Source: Alphaproteobacteria bacterium (GTDB taxonomy: Bacteria; Pseudomonadota; Alphaproteobacteria; SMXP01). Taken from it: a DNA stretch of 64,000 nt. Position 1 is the stretch's first letter. Every line of letters starts with the position of its first letter. The translations under genes were made by a program, and so were the position numbers. The notes below the pieces were generated by a model. It was not told the DNA's origin. It did no database searches and saw only the letters and a list, made by a program, of their open reading frames with translations. Location: NCBI GenBank assembly GCA_965248815.1, contig CBDFKK010000008.1:1493720-1557719 (forward strand). Reading direction: 5' to 3'. Positions 48,199 through 58,346 of this stretch are shown here, in pieces.

Positions 48199-49095
48199 CT
48201 AACCACTCTCTCTTTCAGCGTTGATCTTGTCCAGGAATTCGACGTCGACTTCACTAATACCTTGAGCCTTGGCGGCCTGGATTATACCACCCAAGGCCGC
48301 GCGTAAGAAGGTAGGAGGGATGCCGGTAAGTTGCTTGCATGCGTCCATAGTGAATGTCACGTCATCGTCCATGCGATTGGCTTCGTAGTGCACGACGTCA
48401 TGCTTGGCGCCCTTGTCTGGAATTGGCAGCTTATAAGCCGAATGGGTCTCTCCGAACCAAAACGTGCTCGCACCACGGAATCCATAGGTCAACGGAAAAC
48501 GGGGCATTTCATCTTTCGTGCCGTCTATGTGTTTCGCCCACGTCTCTTTCACAAGAATATTGTCAATATTCAAGAGCAGGTGCGCGGAGCGTGAGTCGCG
48601 AAGAATCGGATTTTCGTTGATGCGGTCCACGTCGAGCGTGCATTCGTAAACCTGAAAGGCTTCCTTGATGATCTTGGGATAGATATCGTTCGACTCGCGT
48701 CCCGGTGTTGGGCTGTCAATCAATTCAAACGGATTATATTCCATTTTTTCTTCAGACGTTTGCCCGGGAAATCCGAATTCCAGAATCGTCTGAATTTTCT
48801 CTTTGTCATACTCGACAAAATGAAGGGCGCATTTCTTTGTACGCTTCACGTTAGTGGCTGTATTAGACGTTGCCCTGCTGATCACCATCCATGAACGGCG
48901 CTCGATCACTTCAAAAGGAAAGCTCAACTGATAGGGCCCGATGTTGGTCACACCGTTCTCATTGACGGTCGTAATGAGTGCAAACGACGATCCATAGAAA
49001 GAACTGGCTTGATACCAATTATCCCGCATCGGACTAACGACAAAAGGCTCGTTTCTTGTATCTATATGCACGTTACGCTTACTCCTTTTCGCCAT
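48199..49095 (-). CDS. Flavin-reductase-like (FMN-binding split barrel) domain protein; start at the internal Met
   Basis: SFALITTVNENGVTNIGPYQLSFPFEV resembles the flavin reductase family core. Confidence is moderate to low. Confidence 0.3.
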   Translation of the reverse strand: MAKRSKRNVHIDTRNEPFVVSPMRDNWYQASSFYGSSFALITTVNENGVTNIGPYQLSFPFEVIERRSWMVISRATSNTATNVKRTKKCALHFVEYDKEKIQTILEFGFPGQTSEEKMEYNPFELIDSPTPGRESNDIYPKIIKEAFQVYECTLDVDRINENPILRDSRSAHLLLNIDNILVKETWAKHIDGTKDEMPRFPLTYGFRGASTFWFGETHSAYKLPIPDKGAKHDVVHYEANRMDDDVTFTMDACKQLTGIPPTFLRAALGGIIQAAKAQGISEVDVEFLDKINAERESG

Positions 49096-49309
49096 AAATA
49101 TCTTAACTTGGCACGATCGGCATGATGGAATACACGCGGCTTCCACGTAGCGGCTTGCCTCCAAATCGCTCCTGCCATTCCATATATCTCAGGAAATCGC
49201 TTTGTCTTGAAAGTGAAACCTTGTTCAATTTCGGTCAAGTCGAACTGAACCGTTGCGACGCCAATTCAATTCTGTTTCGTTTAGCTTAGTTGACTATCAA
49301 ACAGCAAGA

Positions 49310-50527
49310 ATGGCCCGCCGCAGGCCAGAGGACCAAGCAGTGACAAACTCAAACATCATGATCGTGGGTGCGGGCATGGGCGGCTTGACTGCGGCGCTTG
49401 CGTTACAAAGAGCCGGGTTCAAAGTGGCTATTTATGAACAGGCACCGGCACTCCGCGAAGTCGGCGCCGGGCTGTCGATCAGCCCCAACTCCATGCATGG
49501 CCTCGATTATGTCGGCGTCGGAGATCGCGTGCGCGAACTCGGCTCACTCATGGATGGAAGCACGGTCAGACATTACAGAACGAATGAAATCGTCACAGGG
49601 TCCAGCATAGGAACTTCCAAAGAGCAGACGGAGCGCTTCGGTAACCAATATATGCAGATCCACCGGGCCGACGTTCATACGATCTTGACGGAGGCTGCGC
49701 GCGCCAATGACCCTGACTGCATTAAATTAGACTGCGAGTTTGTCGACTTCGAACAAAACGACGGACGCGTCACTGTGAAATTCAAAAACGGCTCAGAGGC
49801 TTCCGCAGACGTCATGATCGGTTGTGACGGCGGCAAGTCGCTCATCCGCGAACGCGGGTTTTCCGAAGAACCGCCGAAATTTGCGGGCTACGTGGCCTAT
49901 CGCGGCTTGGTGCCCGTTAAAGATCTCGATCCGTCAGTCGTGCGCACGGGCGCCACGCTAAGTATCGGTCCAGATCAAATGTTCATGCGCTATACGGTCC
50001 GGAACAGATCGTTGATGAATTTTGTCGGCATGGTGACAACGTCTGAGTGGAAAGAAGAAGGTTGGAATATCCAATCAGATGTGTCTGAAGTATTGCATCA
50101 TTTCGATGAATGGCACGACGAAGTGAAAAGCATCATTCGTGCGACCCCGCCGGGCGCCGGCTTTAAATGGGCGCTCGTTCACCGATCCCCACTGCCGTCC
50201 TGGACGAATGGTCGCGTCGTCTTGTTGGGAGATGCTGCACACACCATTACACCATTTTTGGGTCAAGGGGCGACTATGGCCATTGAAGATGGCGTCGTCA
50301 TGGGGCGCTGTTTCGAGGCAGCAAACAATTTCGATGATGCTTTAACTTTATTCGAGCAAGCGCGCGTGGAACGCGGCAATTGGGTACTCGTCGAATCGCA
50401 AAAGCAAGCGGACCGCTACATGAAGAGCGATCCAGAAAACTTTGACTTGACGGGATCGCGTAAAGTGCACGGTCAAGTCTATATGTACAATCCGGCGACA
50501 GCGCCGCTAATCGCAGCGGCGCAATAG
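49310..50527 (+). CDS. FAD-dependent aromatic-ring monooxygenase, paralog 2
   Basis: MIVGAGMGGLTAALAL and GDAAHTITPFLGQGATMAIEDG. About 75% identical to the ORF at 27206. Confidence 0.8.
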   Translation: MARRRPEDQAVTNSNIMIVGAGMGGLTAALALQRAGFKVAIYEQAPALREVGAGLSISPNSMHGLDYVGVGDRVRELGSLMDGSTVRHYRTNEIVTGSSIGTSKEQTERFGNQYMQIHRADVHTILTEAARANDPDCIKLDCEFVDFEQNDGRVTVKFKNGSEASADVMIGCDGGKSLIRERGFSEEPPKFAGYVAYRGLVPVKDLDPSVVRTGATLSIGPDQMFMRYTVRNRSLMNFVGMVTTSEWKEEGWNIQSDVSEVLHHFDEWHDEVKSIIRATPPGAGFKWALVHRSPLPSWTNGRVVLLGDAAHTITPFLGQGATMAIEDGVVMGRCFEAANNFDDALTLFEQARVERGNWVLVESQKQADRYMKSDPENFDLTGSRKVHGQVYMYNPATAPLIAAAQ

Positions 50528-50779
50528 GCAGCCAACAAAGATTATTTGGTTTGGCCAGTTGATCGCCAAACATTCTGCTGCACTCAAACAGTAATACGGC
50601 ACCCTATTTGGGGACTTCGGTGGTAATTCTATTCACTGAACCTGTTGTGCGGCGATTGGTTAATTCTAAAAGTGGTCCGAAGTAGAACCGCATCGCCACG
50701 GCGTATGCGGCGCATAGTGTAAACGCGACACCGGACCAAAACTTGCACACAGCACACAGCAAAGAGGAGACGCTGTCGC

Positions 50780-52390
50780 ATGACGACTTGCGGTGAAGCT
50801 GTTCTAGAGCTTCTTTCATCATACGGCGTGGACACTGTCTTCGGCATCCCTGGCGTCCATACGCTCGAGCTCTATCGGGGTTTGGCTCACTCGACACTGC
50901 GACATGTAACGCCCTGGCACGAACAGGGCGCGGGTTTTATGGCAGACGGCTACGCGCGTGCTACCGGCAAGCCAGCTGCATGTTTTGTCATATCCGGTCC
51001 CGGCGTCACCAATATGGCAACAGCAATGGCACAAGCCAAATCAGATTCAATTCCAATGCTCGTTGTCGCGAGCGTAGTCAATTCAAAAAAATTGGGTAAT
51101 CTGGAGGGCCTGTTACACGAGCTGCCCGATCAGCGCGGTCTTATCCAACAATGCTGCGTCTACAGCCAAACAGTACGGCACGTTAACGACCTTACAAAGA
51201 TCTTCGCAGAAGCGTTTTCAGCCATGCTCACCGGCCGGAAGGGCCCCGCTTACATTGAAATCCCAGTCGATATATTGGGAGAGGCGGTTGGCGAAATGGA
51301 GACACACGCCCACCCCCTACCCAGCCCTCCCGATATAGAGGCAAAGCAAGTTAAAGGTGCTGCCGCTTTGCTACGCGCCGCAAAAAACCCGATCGTACTT
51401 CTGGGTGGCGGCGCGATAGATGCGAGAGACGCCGTCGTCGATCTCATCGACAAAATCGGTGCACCGGTTGTTAACACGACAAATGCGAAGGGCGTTTTGC
51501 CTCTGTCCCATCCCTTAAGAGTCGGTGGCAGCCCAAGTGACGCCGACCTGCAAAATGCCATCGCCGCGGCGGATGTTGTGCTCGCTGTCGGAACCGAATA
51601 TGCGGAAACCGATTACGACTTTTTCTTTCAAGGCCACAAGAAGCCCACGGGCAAGGTCATTCGCATTGATGTCGATCGCAACCAACTAGAAAAAAATATG
51701 GGAGCGGACGTCGCGATTCATGGTGACGCTGCTCAGGCACTAGTCCTACTCAGTGACACCCTCGAGGACTTCGTACTTGAAGGTGAGCGGGGCCGTGGCG
51801 CACTAAAGCGAGCGAACGCACTTAGATCTCAAGTATTAGAAGCGGCTGATCCGTCATACCGCGCCTTGTTTTCAATCATCGATGCCGCACTCCCCAATGC
51901 TGTCATTGCGGCCGACTCGACTCAGCCTGCCTATCATGCGGTTCTGCACTGGGAGCGCGCGTCGCCCCGGTCATTTTTCACCTCCGCTACAGGATACGGC
52001 ACGTTGGGCTTCGGCCTACCCGCGGCGATCGGCGCCAAGCTGGCCATGCCGGATAGACCCGTTATTTGCTTGACCGGAGATGGCGGTCTTCAGTTTACGC
52101 TTGGCGAACTCGCGACAGCGGCAGAGGCCAAAGCGTCAATCATTATTTTGCTTTGGAACAACGAAGGCTATGGCGAAATTGAAAACAGTATGGAGCGAGC
52201 AGGAATTATTCCCGTCGGCGTGCGACACGCGCCAATAAACTATCTCAATATCGCAGAGGGCATGGGGTGCCACATTGAACGCGCCACGACCCTTCAAGAC
52301 CTATCAGCGTTATTGCACGAAGTGCAAAACGAAACGCGGCCTACTCTCATCGAGCTCCGGGAACGGGATTTTGTTCATCCGGATCGCTAG
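50780..52390 (+). CDS. Thiamine-diphosphate-dependent enzyme (acetolactate synthase large subunit / 2-oxoacid decarboxylase-like)
   Basis: Three-domain TPP_enzyme layout. The N-terminal GIPGVHTLELYRGL is present. GDGGLQFTLGELATA is the ThDP-binding GDG motif. Confidence 0.75.
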   Translation: MTTCGEAVLELLSSYGVDTVFGIPGVHTLELYRGLAHSTLRHVTPWHEQGAGFMADGYARATGKPAACFVISGPGVTNMATAMAQAKSDSIPMLVVASVVNSKKLGNLEGLLHELPDQRGLIQQCCVYSQTVRHVNDLTKIFAEAFSAMLTGRKGPAYIEIPVDILGEAVGEMETHAHPLPSPPDIEAKQVKGAAALLRAAKNPIVLLGGGAIDARDAVVDLIDKIGAPVVNTTNAKGVLPLSHPLRVGGSPSDADLQNAIAAADVVLAVGTEYAETDYDFFFQGHKKPTGKVIRIDVDRNQLEKNMGADVAIHGDAAQALVLLSDTLEDFVLEGERGRGALKRANALRSQVLEAADPSYRALFSIIDAALPNAVIAADSTQPAYHAVLHWERASPRSFFTSATGYGTLGFGLPAAIGAKLAMPDRPVICLTGDGGLQFTLGELATAAEAKASIIILLWNNEGYGEIENSMERAGIIPVGVRHAPINYLNIAEGMGCHIERATTLQDLSALLHEVQNETRPTLIELRERDFVHPDR

Positions 52391-52424
52391 TAAACGCCAA
52401 AGAACCGGTGATTGGAGAAAAAAG

Positions 52425-53579
52425 TTGAAAAATAGCGAACATAGAAAGACAACCCATTCAGTTTTGGATCTCGTGCGCGACCAGCTCCGCACGCTCGTTC
52501 CCTATCAGTCAGCGCGACGACTATTTGGTGCAGATCCGAAAAAACTTTTCCTCGATGCCAATGAATTGCCCTTCGAGCCACAACGCCGGAGCTTTGAAAT
52601 AAACGACTATAATCACTACGCCGACGTTGCCCCGCGGAATTTACGCCGTGCCTACGCCGCGTATGCCGGCGTATCGGAAGATAATGTGATCGCGACTAGA
52701 GGCGCCGATGAAAGCATTGAATTGCTCGTCAGGACGTTCTGCGAGCCAGGTTCAGACGGCGTTGTTTTTTTTCCGCCAACATACGGCCTCTATGAAATCA
52801 CATCGACCATCCATGGAGCGCAAGTCTTACCTGTTCCACTGCTCGGCGACTTCAACCTCGACCGGGAAGCCATTGCACGCGCGCCATCTAACATTAAATT
52901 AGTTTTTCTATGCAATCCCAACAACCCCACCGGTAACCTCATTCCGCCGAAAGACCTGCGCTTTGTCCTCGACACATTTCGCGATCGCGCGATCGTCGCC
53001 ATTGACGAAGCGTATATTGAATTCTGCCCGGAGCAGTCGTCTGTGCCGCTCTTAGCCGAGTATGAAAACTTGGTCGTTATACGCACCATGTCGAAAGCGT
53101 TCGGACTGGCCGGCATCCATGTAGGTTTTTCTTTGGCCAATAGGGAGATCATAGATCTCTTAAGAAAAACAATCACTCCATACCCCATTCCCAGTCCTTG
53201 CGCTGAAATTGCTTTCGATGCTCTATCGCCTGCAGGCATAGGCCAACTTCAGAGCAATAGGGCCCACATCGAAAAGAGCCGTACACTATTTCTGGAAGGA
53301 CTAAGAAAGTTGGAGAATGTCGAGCGAATTTATCCAGGTGTCGGAAACTTCGTACTCGTAAAGTACAAAGATGCAGATGAGACCTTTAACGGACTCGTCA
53401 AACGCGGCATCATTGCTCGAAATCAGAATGCAATTGTACCATTGCAGGGATGCATCCGCTTTTCCATCGGCACAACAGACCAAATGACACTCGTGCTTCG
53501 CGCGCTGCGCTCAATGGAAAAAAGCGGGCGGCGCAATGTCAACGGACAAGATCGCAATTCGGTACTAGCGGCGACCTAA
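52425..53579 (+). CDS. Histidinol-phosphate / aromatic aminotransferase family (class II PLP aminotransferase); TTG start after GGAG
   Basis: LDANELPFEP, FLCNPNNPTGN and MSKAFGLAGIHVGF (PLP lysine) are present. The track ORF starting at 52275 overlaps the upstream gene. TTG at 52425 follows GGAG with 7-nt spacing. Confidence 0.65.
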   Translation: MKNSEHRKTTHSVLDLVRDQLRTLVPYQSARRLFGADPKKLFLDANELPFEPQRRSFEINDYNHYADVAPRNLRRAYAAYAGVSEDNVIATRGADESIELLVRTFCEPGSDGVVFFPPTYGLYEITSTIHGAQVLPVPLLGDFNLDREAIARAPSNIKLVFLCNPNNPTGNLIPPKDLRFVLDTFRDRAIVAIDEAYIEFCPEQSSVPLLAEYENLVVIRTMSKAFGLAGIHVGFSLANREIIDLLRKTITPYPIPSPCAEIAFDALSPAGIGQLQSNRAHIEKSRTLFLEGLRKLENVERIYPGVGNFVLVKYKDADETFNGLVKRGIIARNQNAIVPLQGCIRFSIGTTDQMTLVLRALRSMEKSGRRNVNGQDRNSVLAAT

Positions 53580-54598
53580 ACGTGATTGAAGCCTACAAGC
53601 ACTCGCTGATCCTCATCCCATAGCGCTAATCGAGCGTATTTCAAACTTTCGCCCAAAGTGATGCGGGAGAACTCTCGAAGATCGGGATTTGCATCAAGAC
53701 AATCCCGCAATCGATAGTTCGGAATCGTCCCGCAGAGGTGGTGAATGTGATGAAGACCTATATTTCCCGTAAACCAATGAAGGATAGACGGCAAATCATA
53801 GTACGAGCTGCCGTAAAGCGCGGCTGCGTGAAAATTCCAATTCTCGTTTTCGACCCAATACGCATTCTCATACTGATGCTGAATGTAAAATAGCCAGCCT
53901 CCGATCCATGAAGCCATCACAACGATCGGCATGAACCCGATGACAACAGGCTTCCAGCCAAATACATATATAGCAAGGCCGTAAACGACGACTATCGCGA
54001 CGTTCAAGGACATAATACTTAGCCAACCACGTGGGATTGAATCGGGTACACCAATTGGAATCCGCTGGTCGATAAAAAAGTGATATGGCGATCCAAGAAA
54101 TTGAAGGATGAGAGGATGCCGATACAATCGGTACATGATGCGTTTGCGGAGCGGCAAATCCAGATATTCGCGGACGGTCAGTATGCCGATATCACCGACG
54201 CCGCGGCGGCAAAGGTTACCAGACGTCGCGTGATGAATGGCATGGGCTTTGCGCCAATAAGCGTAAGGCGTAAAGGTGAGAATACTGGTGAAGCGGCCAA
54301 CCCAGTCATTGGTCGATCGCGATTTGAAAAACGAACCATGGCCGCAATCATGTTGAATGATAAACAACCGAATTAGTATTCCGGCCGCAGGAATCGTCAG
54401 TAAGACGCCGACCCACACTTCGTAAGCAACGCTTACCATCGCGCCGCCCCCAAGCACCGCAATCAACAGCAGGTTGATAATCAGCTGTGTGACGCTTCGT
54501 GCAGTGATTGCCCCTTTGTAGCTCGCACAATGTTTAGCCAAACGCCGTACTTGGCGCTCGAACTGCGAGTCAGTGTCTGCCGGCTCCCCATCTCTCAC
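53576..54598 (-). CDS. Membrane fatty-acid desaturase family protein
   Basis: The His boxes HDCGH, HAIHHATSGN and HHIHHL are present. Confidence 0.75.
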   Translation of the reverse strand: MRDGEPADTDSQFERQVRRLAKHCASYKGAITARSVTQLIINLLLIAVLGGGAMVSVAYEVWVGVLLTIPAAGILIRLFIIQHDCGHGSFFKSRSTNDWVGRFTSILTFTPYAYWRKAHAIHHATSGNLCRRGVGDIGILTVREYLDLPLRKRIMYRLYRHPLILQFLGSPYHFFIDQRIPIGVPDSIPRGWLSIMSLNVAIVVVYGLAIYVFGWKPVVIGFMPIVVMASWIGGWLFYIQHQYENAYWVENENWNFHAAALYGSSYYDLPSILHWFTGNIGLHHIHHLCGTIPNYRLRDCLDANPDLREFSRITLGESLKYARLALWDEDQRVLVGFNHV

Positions 54599-54741
54599 TA
54601 TTCTAGGCTCCTCTCAACTTCCGACTTTCTTTTATAATCCGATACGTATTAGTGCTTGTAGATGTTTGTTAATAAATTTTTTGGATGTGACGTTAAGCCC
54701 ACAATATATCGCATAATTCGGGGGAAAAGAGCCCCCGCCAG

Positions 54742-55365
54742 TTATCCGGCTGGGACCATCGGCCGCTCGCCTTGGGCTTCACCGGGCAAATAAATCACAA
54801 TGTGACGGTTGTCGTCGAGGGGTAGATCAAGGAAGTCGTCATTTGAGACCTCGGTCGTCAGATATGTTTGATTCGCTTTGACATAGTCGAAGAGATAGAT
54901 CGTGCCATCTTCTTTAATTTGCTCGAGAAGCGATTCGATACGAGGGTCTTCTGAAATCCATAACGCGAAAAATTCCCCCAATTTGTACTTCTTGACTGGA
55001 TAAGGGCTTTCCACGTGCAGCGTTCCAGATGTTCCCTCGTGGGTATGAATCTCACGAAAACGGAATCTTTCGTCCTCCGCCGTGATGCCTAAATTGGTCG
55101 GAGGCGTGCGCATACCGATGAGTTTTGGAAGCGGCGTGTTAGCTGCGGACGGGTCGTAGAAAACGATCCTAAATAGGGGGTGATGGTGATAGGCGAGGTC
55201 AGACGTGATAAATGGCGGAATGCCAAATGTTTCGTCGGCAGTGACCGGAAGCGAGGCAGTTAGCACGAGCCCGAGGACGAAAAACGGCGCTACCCGCCCG
55301 TAAAGGCTTGGCTTTGTCCCGTATACCGCCCGGCTACTCATTCCCCCTCCCAATATCGAACTCAT
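54742..55365 (-). CDS. Hypothetical secreted protein
   Basis: 207 aa with an N-terminal hydrophobic signal. I recognise no family. Confidence 0.3.
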   Translation of the reverse strand: MSSILGGGMSSRAVYGTKPSLYGRVAPFFVLGLVLTASLPVTADETFGIPPFITSDLAYHHHPLFRIVFYDPSAANTPLPKLIGMRTPPTNLGITAEDERFRFREIHTHEGTSGTLHVESPYPVKKYKLGEFFALWISEDPRIESLLEQIKEDGTIYLFDYVKANQTYLTTEVSNDDFLDLPLDDNRHIVIYLPGEAQGERPMVPAG

Positions 55366-55606
55366 AATTCGACAACTTAGCAGTGTCTGCGCAACCCCTC
55401 AAAGCTAGCGATCTGATGGTAACTTTCTCATTAAGAGATATTTTCCCGTCGCGCCGAGATATTGATGCGGCGACCGTCAGCATCACAAGATCTTCCAATT
55501 CCTGCGCAATCGCGGGGTCCTCGCGACATGTCGGGCCTCGCCTGGGTCAAGTTGGACGTGCCTTCTCGGCTGGTCTAAATTTCTCCATCACGGGCAAGGC
55601 CAAGTC

Positions 55607-56647
55607 ATGCAAATTGAAGTTGAAATTACGCCCGGAATGGCAGCTGCCCAAGTTGTCGACCTTGCCAAGCGGGCGGAAGCGGCAGGAATCGAGCGCCTCG
55701 GCATATCGGATGTCCTTTTTTACCCCGACAGCTTTCAACTGCAGACCGCCTGCGCGCTCGCGACGAACCGCATTCTAATTGGACCTGTGGTCACCAATCC
55801 CTATTCCCGCCACCCGGTTCTTTTGGCGGCCCACGCCGCAACCTTGCAGGATCTGTCATCCGGCCGGGCATTTTTGGGGCTCGGCATTGGAGCCGGGCTT
55901 GAAGACATTGCTATGGAGTCCGTTCGCCCAGCTCGCGCCATGCGCGAGGCGCTTGTCATCATTCGCCAGCTCTTAGCCGGAAAAGCAACGAATTTTGACG
56001 GAGAAGTCTTCCAGGTGACCGGCAATCGGCTCGTGGTCCCGCCGGAAAAACCGGTACCCCTATCTGTTGGCTCGCGGAGTGAGCGCGTCTTGGGTCTTGC
56101 TGGCGAATTTGCTGACATTGCTCTCGTTGGCGCGCGCTACTGGTCAAAGCAGATGGTTGACCAATATCTCTCGTGGCTCAAAGTCGGCGCCGACCGCGCA
56201 GGTCGCTCACTCGATGACATTGAGTTCTCGCCGCGCATGACCCTTTGCGTCTCTGAAGACGGCGCGCAAGCGCGCTCCAGCGTCAAACGGTACATTGCGC
56301 ACTATTTGGCGTTGCTTCGGCCGAAGGAATTGAACATCGATCCCGAGCTTGTCACTCGAATCGATACTGCCCTCGAACAGGCAACAGGCTGGTACTTCGA
56401 TCACGACCGCTTTGATCCACCCGAGCTGGAAGACTTGATCGTTGACGACTTGGTGCGACAATTCGCGATCGCAGGAACGCCTGACGAATGCGCTGTGCAA
56501 ATTGCCGAGCTTTCGCAATTGGGGTTCACAGGCTTTAGCTTCAATCTCGTTGCGGTCCGTCGAGCGAACTTCCATGACGGCATTCTGGAGACTGTCGAAG
56601 GCTTTGCCAAGATCCTCCCCACGCTGCGGCGAGAGCTAGCTGCCTAG
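55607..56647 (+). CDS. LLM-class (luciferase-like) flavin/F420-dependent oxidoreductase
   Basis: 346-aa TIM-barrel LLM pattern (GISDVLFYPDSF..., LGLGIGAG). Confidence 0.7.
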   Translation: MQIEVEITPGMAAAQVVDLAKRAEAAGIERLGISDVLFYPDSFQLQTACALATNRILIGPVVTNPYSRHPVLLAAHAATLQDLSSGRAFLGLGIGAGLEDIAMESVRPARAMREALVIIRQLLAGKATNFDGEVFQVTGNRLVVPPEKPVPLSVGSRSERVLGLAGEFADIALVGARYWSKQMVDQYLSWLKVGADRAGRSLDDIEFSPRMTLCVSEDGAQARSSVKRYIAHYLALLRPKELNIDPELVTRIDTALEQATGWYFDHDRFDPPELEDLIVDDLVRQFAIAGTPDECAVQIAELSQLGFTGFSFNLVAVRRANFHDGILETVEGFAKILPTLRRELAA

Positions 56648-56673
56648 TGCGGTGACCTTAAGGCAAAGAAAAA

Positions 56674-57828
56674 ATGAAAATTAGCGCCATTAATACGTAT
56701 CCAGTTTCGCATGCCGACCATCTCGGCAATCCTTTGAATTACCTGTTCGTAAGGATTAATACAGATGACGGACTGACGGGATATGGCGAGGTGTGCGACA
56801 GCTTTGGCTGTACAAATCCTCTCAGCGTCGCGGGCGTTATCGACGAGGCTTTGGCACCCTTATTATTCGGTGAAGAACCATTGTCCGTCGAACGCTTAAC
56901 TTTCAAAATGCGTGGCTGGACCCGACGGCGCCTCGGCGATCAAGGGGTGATCATTCAGGCGATAAGTGGCGTCGAAATTGCGCTTTGGGATCTCGCAGGT
57001 AAAGCGCAAGACAAATCCGTCAGCCAATTGCTGGGCCGTCGCCAGAATGCCATTCCGGTCTATGCGTCAGGTACATTTCTAGACGAAGGTTCTGCTGACT
57101 ACCATGCAAAGTTCTTTGAGCCTTGCCTTGCGCACGGTGTTCGTCACGTCAAAGTCCGTATCGGTCTTGATTACGGATCCGACCTTGAAACTTTGCGCGC
57201 GCTTCGCGCGCTCCTTGGCGATGACGTTCAAATCATGGTCGACGGTAACGAGCATTATAGCGAAGCAACCGCGCTCGAAATCGCTAAGGAACTTGCCGAC
57301 GTAGGAGTGCTTTTTTTCGAGGAGCCCATTCCTCAAAACCACCGCGCAGCGATCGCCAGTCTTGTCGGCAAGTCGCCCGTGCCTATAGCATACGGAGAGC
57401 ACCTCTTCACGACCGATGATTTCGAAGATTGCCTGATTCACAAACGCGCAAATGTGATTCAGCCGGATGCGGCGATATGCGGCGGCATTGCCGAGGCGGT
57501 GAAAATCTCCGGCCTAGCCTCAACCTATGGCACGCGCATGGCGCCTCATTCGGCGGCGGGGCCCCTGGCGCTTGCGGCAAACCTACATCTATGCGCCGCC
57601 GCTCCTAACATATGGATGCTTGAATTCGCCTTTCCCCTCGAACACTTTTGGAAAGAACTACTAACGGCGCCTGATCTGTCTTCAAGCGCGCTGATAGATG
57701 GCGCTTTGACTGTACCGGCAACGCCTGGCCTCGGGCTCGCGTTCGACGAAGACGTGTTGGCACGATATCCCTATAAGAAGCGGCCGCCCGTAGCTGCTAT
57801 GCCAACCTGGTCTGTTGGGCAGATTTAG
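56674..57828 (+). CDS. Enolase-superfamily enzyme (mandelate racemase / muconate lactonizing enzyme family)
   Basis: The N-terminal capping domain and barrel contain KVRIG, the metal ligands D...E...D (MVDGNEHYS, FFEEP) and IQPD. Confidence 0.75.
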   Translation: MKISAINTYPVSHADHLGNPLNYLFVRINTDDGLTGYGEVCDSFGCTNPLSVAGVIDEALAPLLFGEEPLSVERLTFKMRGWTRRRLGDQGVIIQAISGVEIALWDLAGKAQDKSVSQLLGRRQNAIPVYASGTFLDEGSADYHAKFFEPCLAHGVRHVKVRIGLDYGSDLETLRALRALLGDDVQIMVDGNEHYSEATALEIAKELADVGVLFFEEPIPQNHRAAIASLVGKSPVPIAYGEHLFTTDDFEDCLIHKRANVIQPDAAICGGIAEAVKISGLASTYGTRMAPHSAAGPLALAANLHLCAAAPNIWMLEFAFPLEHFWKELLTAPDLSSSALIDGALTVPATPGLGLAFDEDVLARYPYKKRPPVAAMPTWSVGQI

Positions 57829-57847
57829 ACGTTTCACATTCACTGCA

Positions 57848-58300
57848 CTACGGAATTATGTCGGGCAAGACGGCAGAATGATGGTGCATGATCGGACTTG
57901 CGCTATGCAAGTCGATCACGAACGTAAAGCGTGACTCGAATGAATTAGGGACGCCATTGATATCGAATTTGAATGAGTAAATTCCGGTGGCAACACTAAA
58001 GCGAGAAGTCATTTGCTGCTCACTCAGAGTTTCCTCACTAAATTCGACTTTGAGATTTTGCCGCCCCGCAAGTTGGGTGAAATAGGCCCGGAGAGCTTCG
58101 TGGTCACTCAAGAAATCCGGTGAGAACGTTGGCAACAAGAGGGCTTTTGGACCATAAAGTTTTAGAATATCGTCGATGCGGCCGCCATTCACGGCAGCGA
58201 GCCACGCCGCAACCACATCAAGACCACTCGTGAAGGGTTCCTTCTTCGAGCGCGCGCTCGATTTCTCTTTTGATTCGTTTGACATGGTGGGACTGTGCAA
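57848..58300 (-). CDS. NTF2/SnoaL-like fold protein
   Basis: About 150 aa. The pattern LDVVAAWLAAVNGGRIDDILKLYGPKALLLPTFS is typical of DUF4440/SnoaL-like proteins. Confidence 0.35.
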   Translation of the reverse strand: MHSPTMSNESKEKSSARSKKEPFTSGLDVVAAWLAAVNGGRIDDILKLYGPKALLLPTFSPDFLSDHEALRAYFTQLAGRQNLKVEFSEETLSEQQMTSRFSVATGIYSFKFDINGVPNSFESRFTFVIDLHSASPIMHHHSAVLPDIIP

Positions 58301-58346
58301 TTGACTCGTTTGTTGAATCTCTTGGCCTAACCGACGCTACACTCAA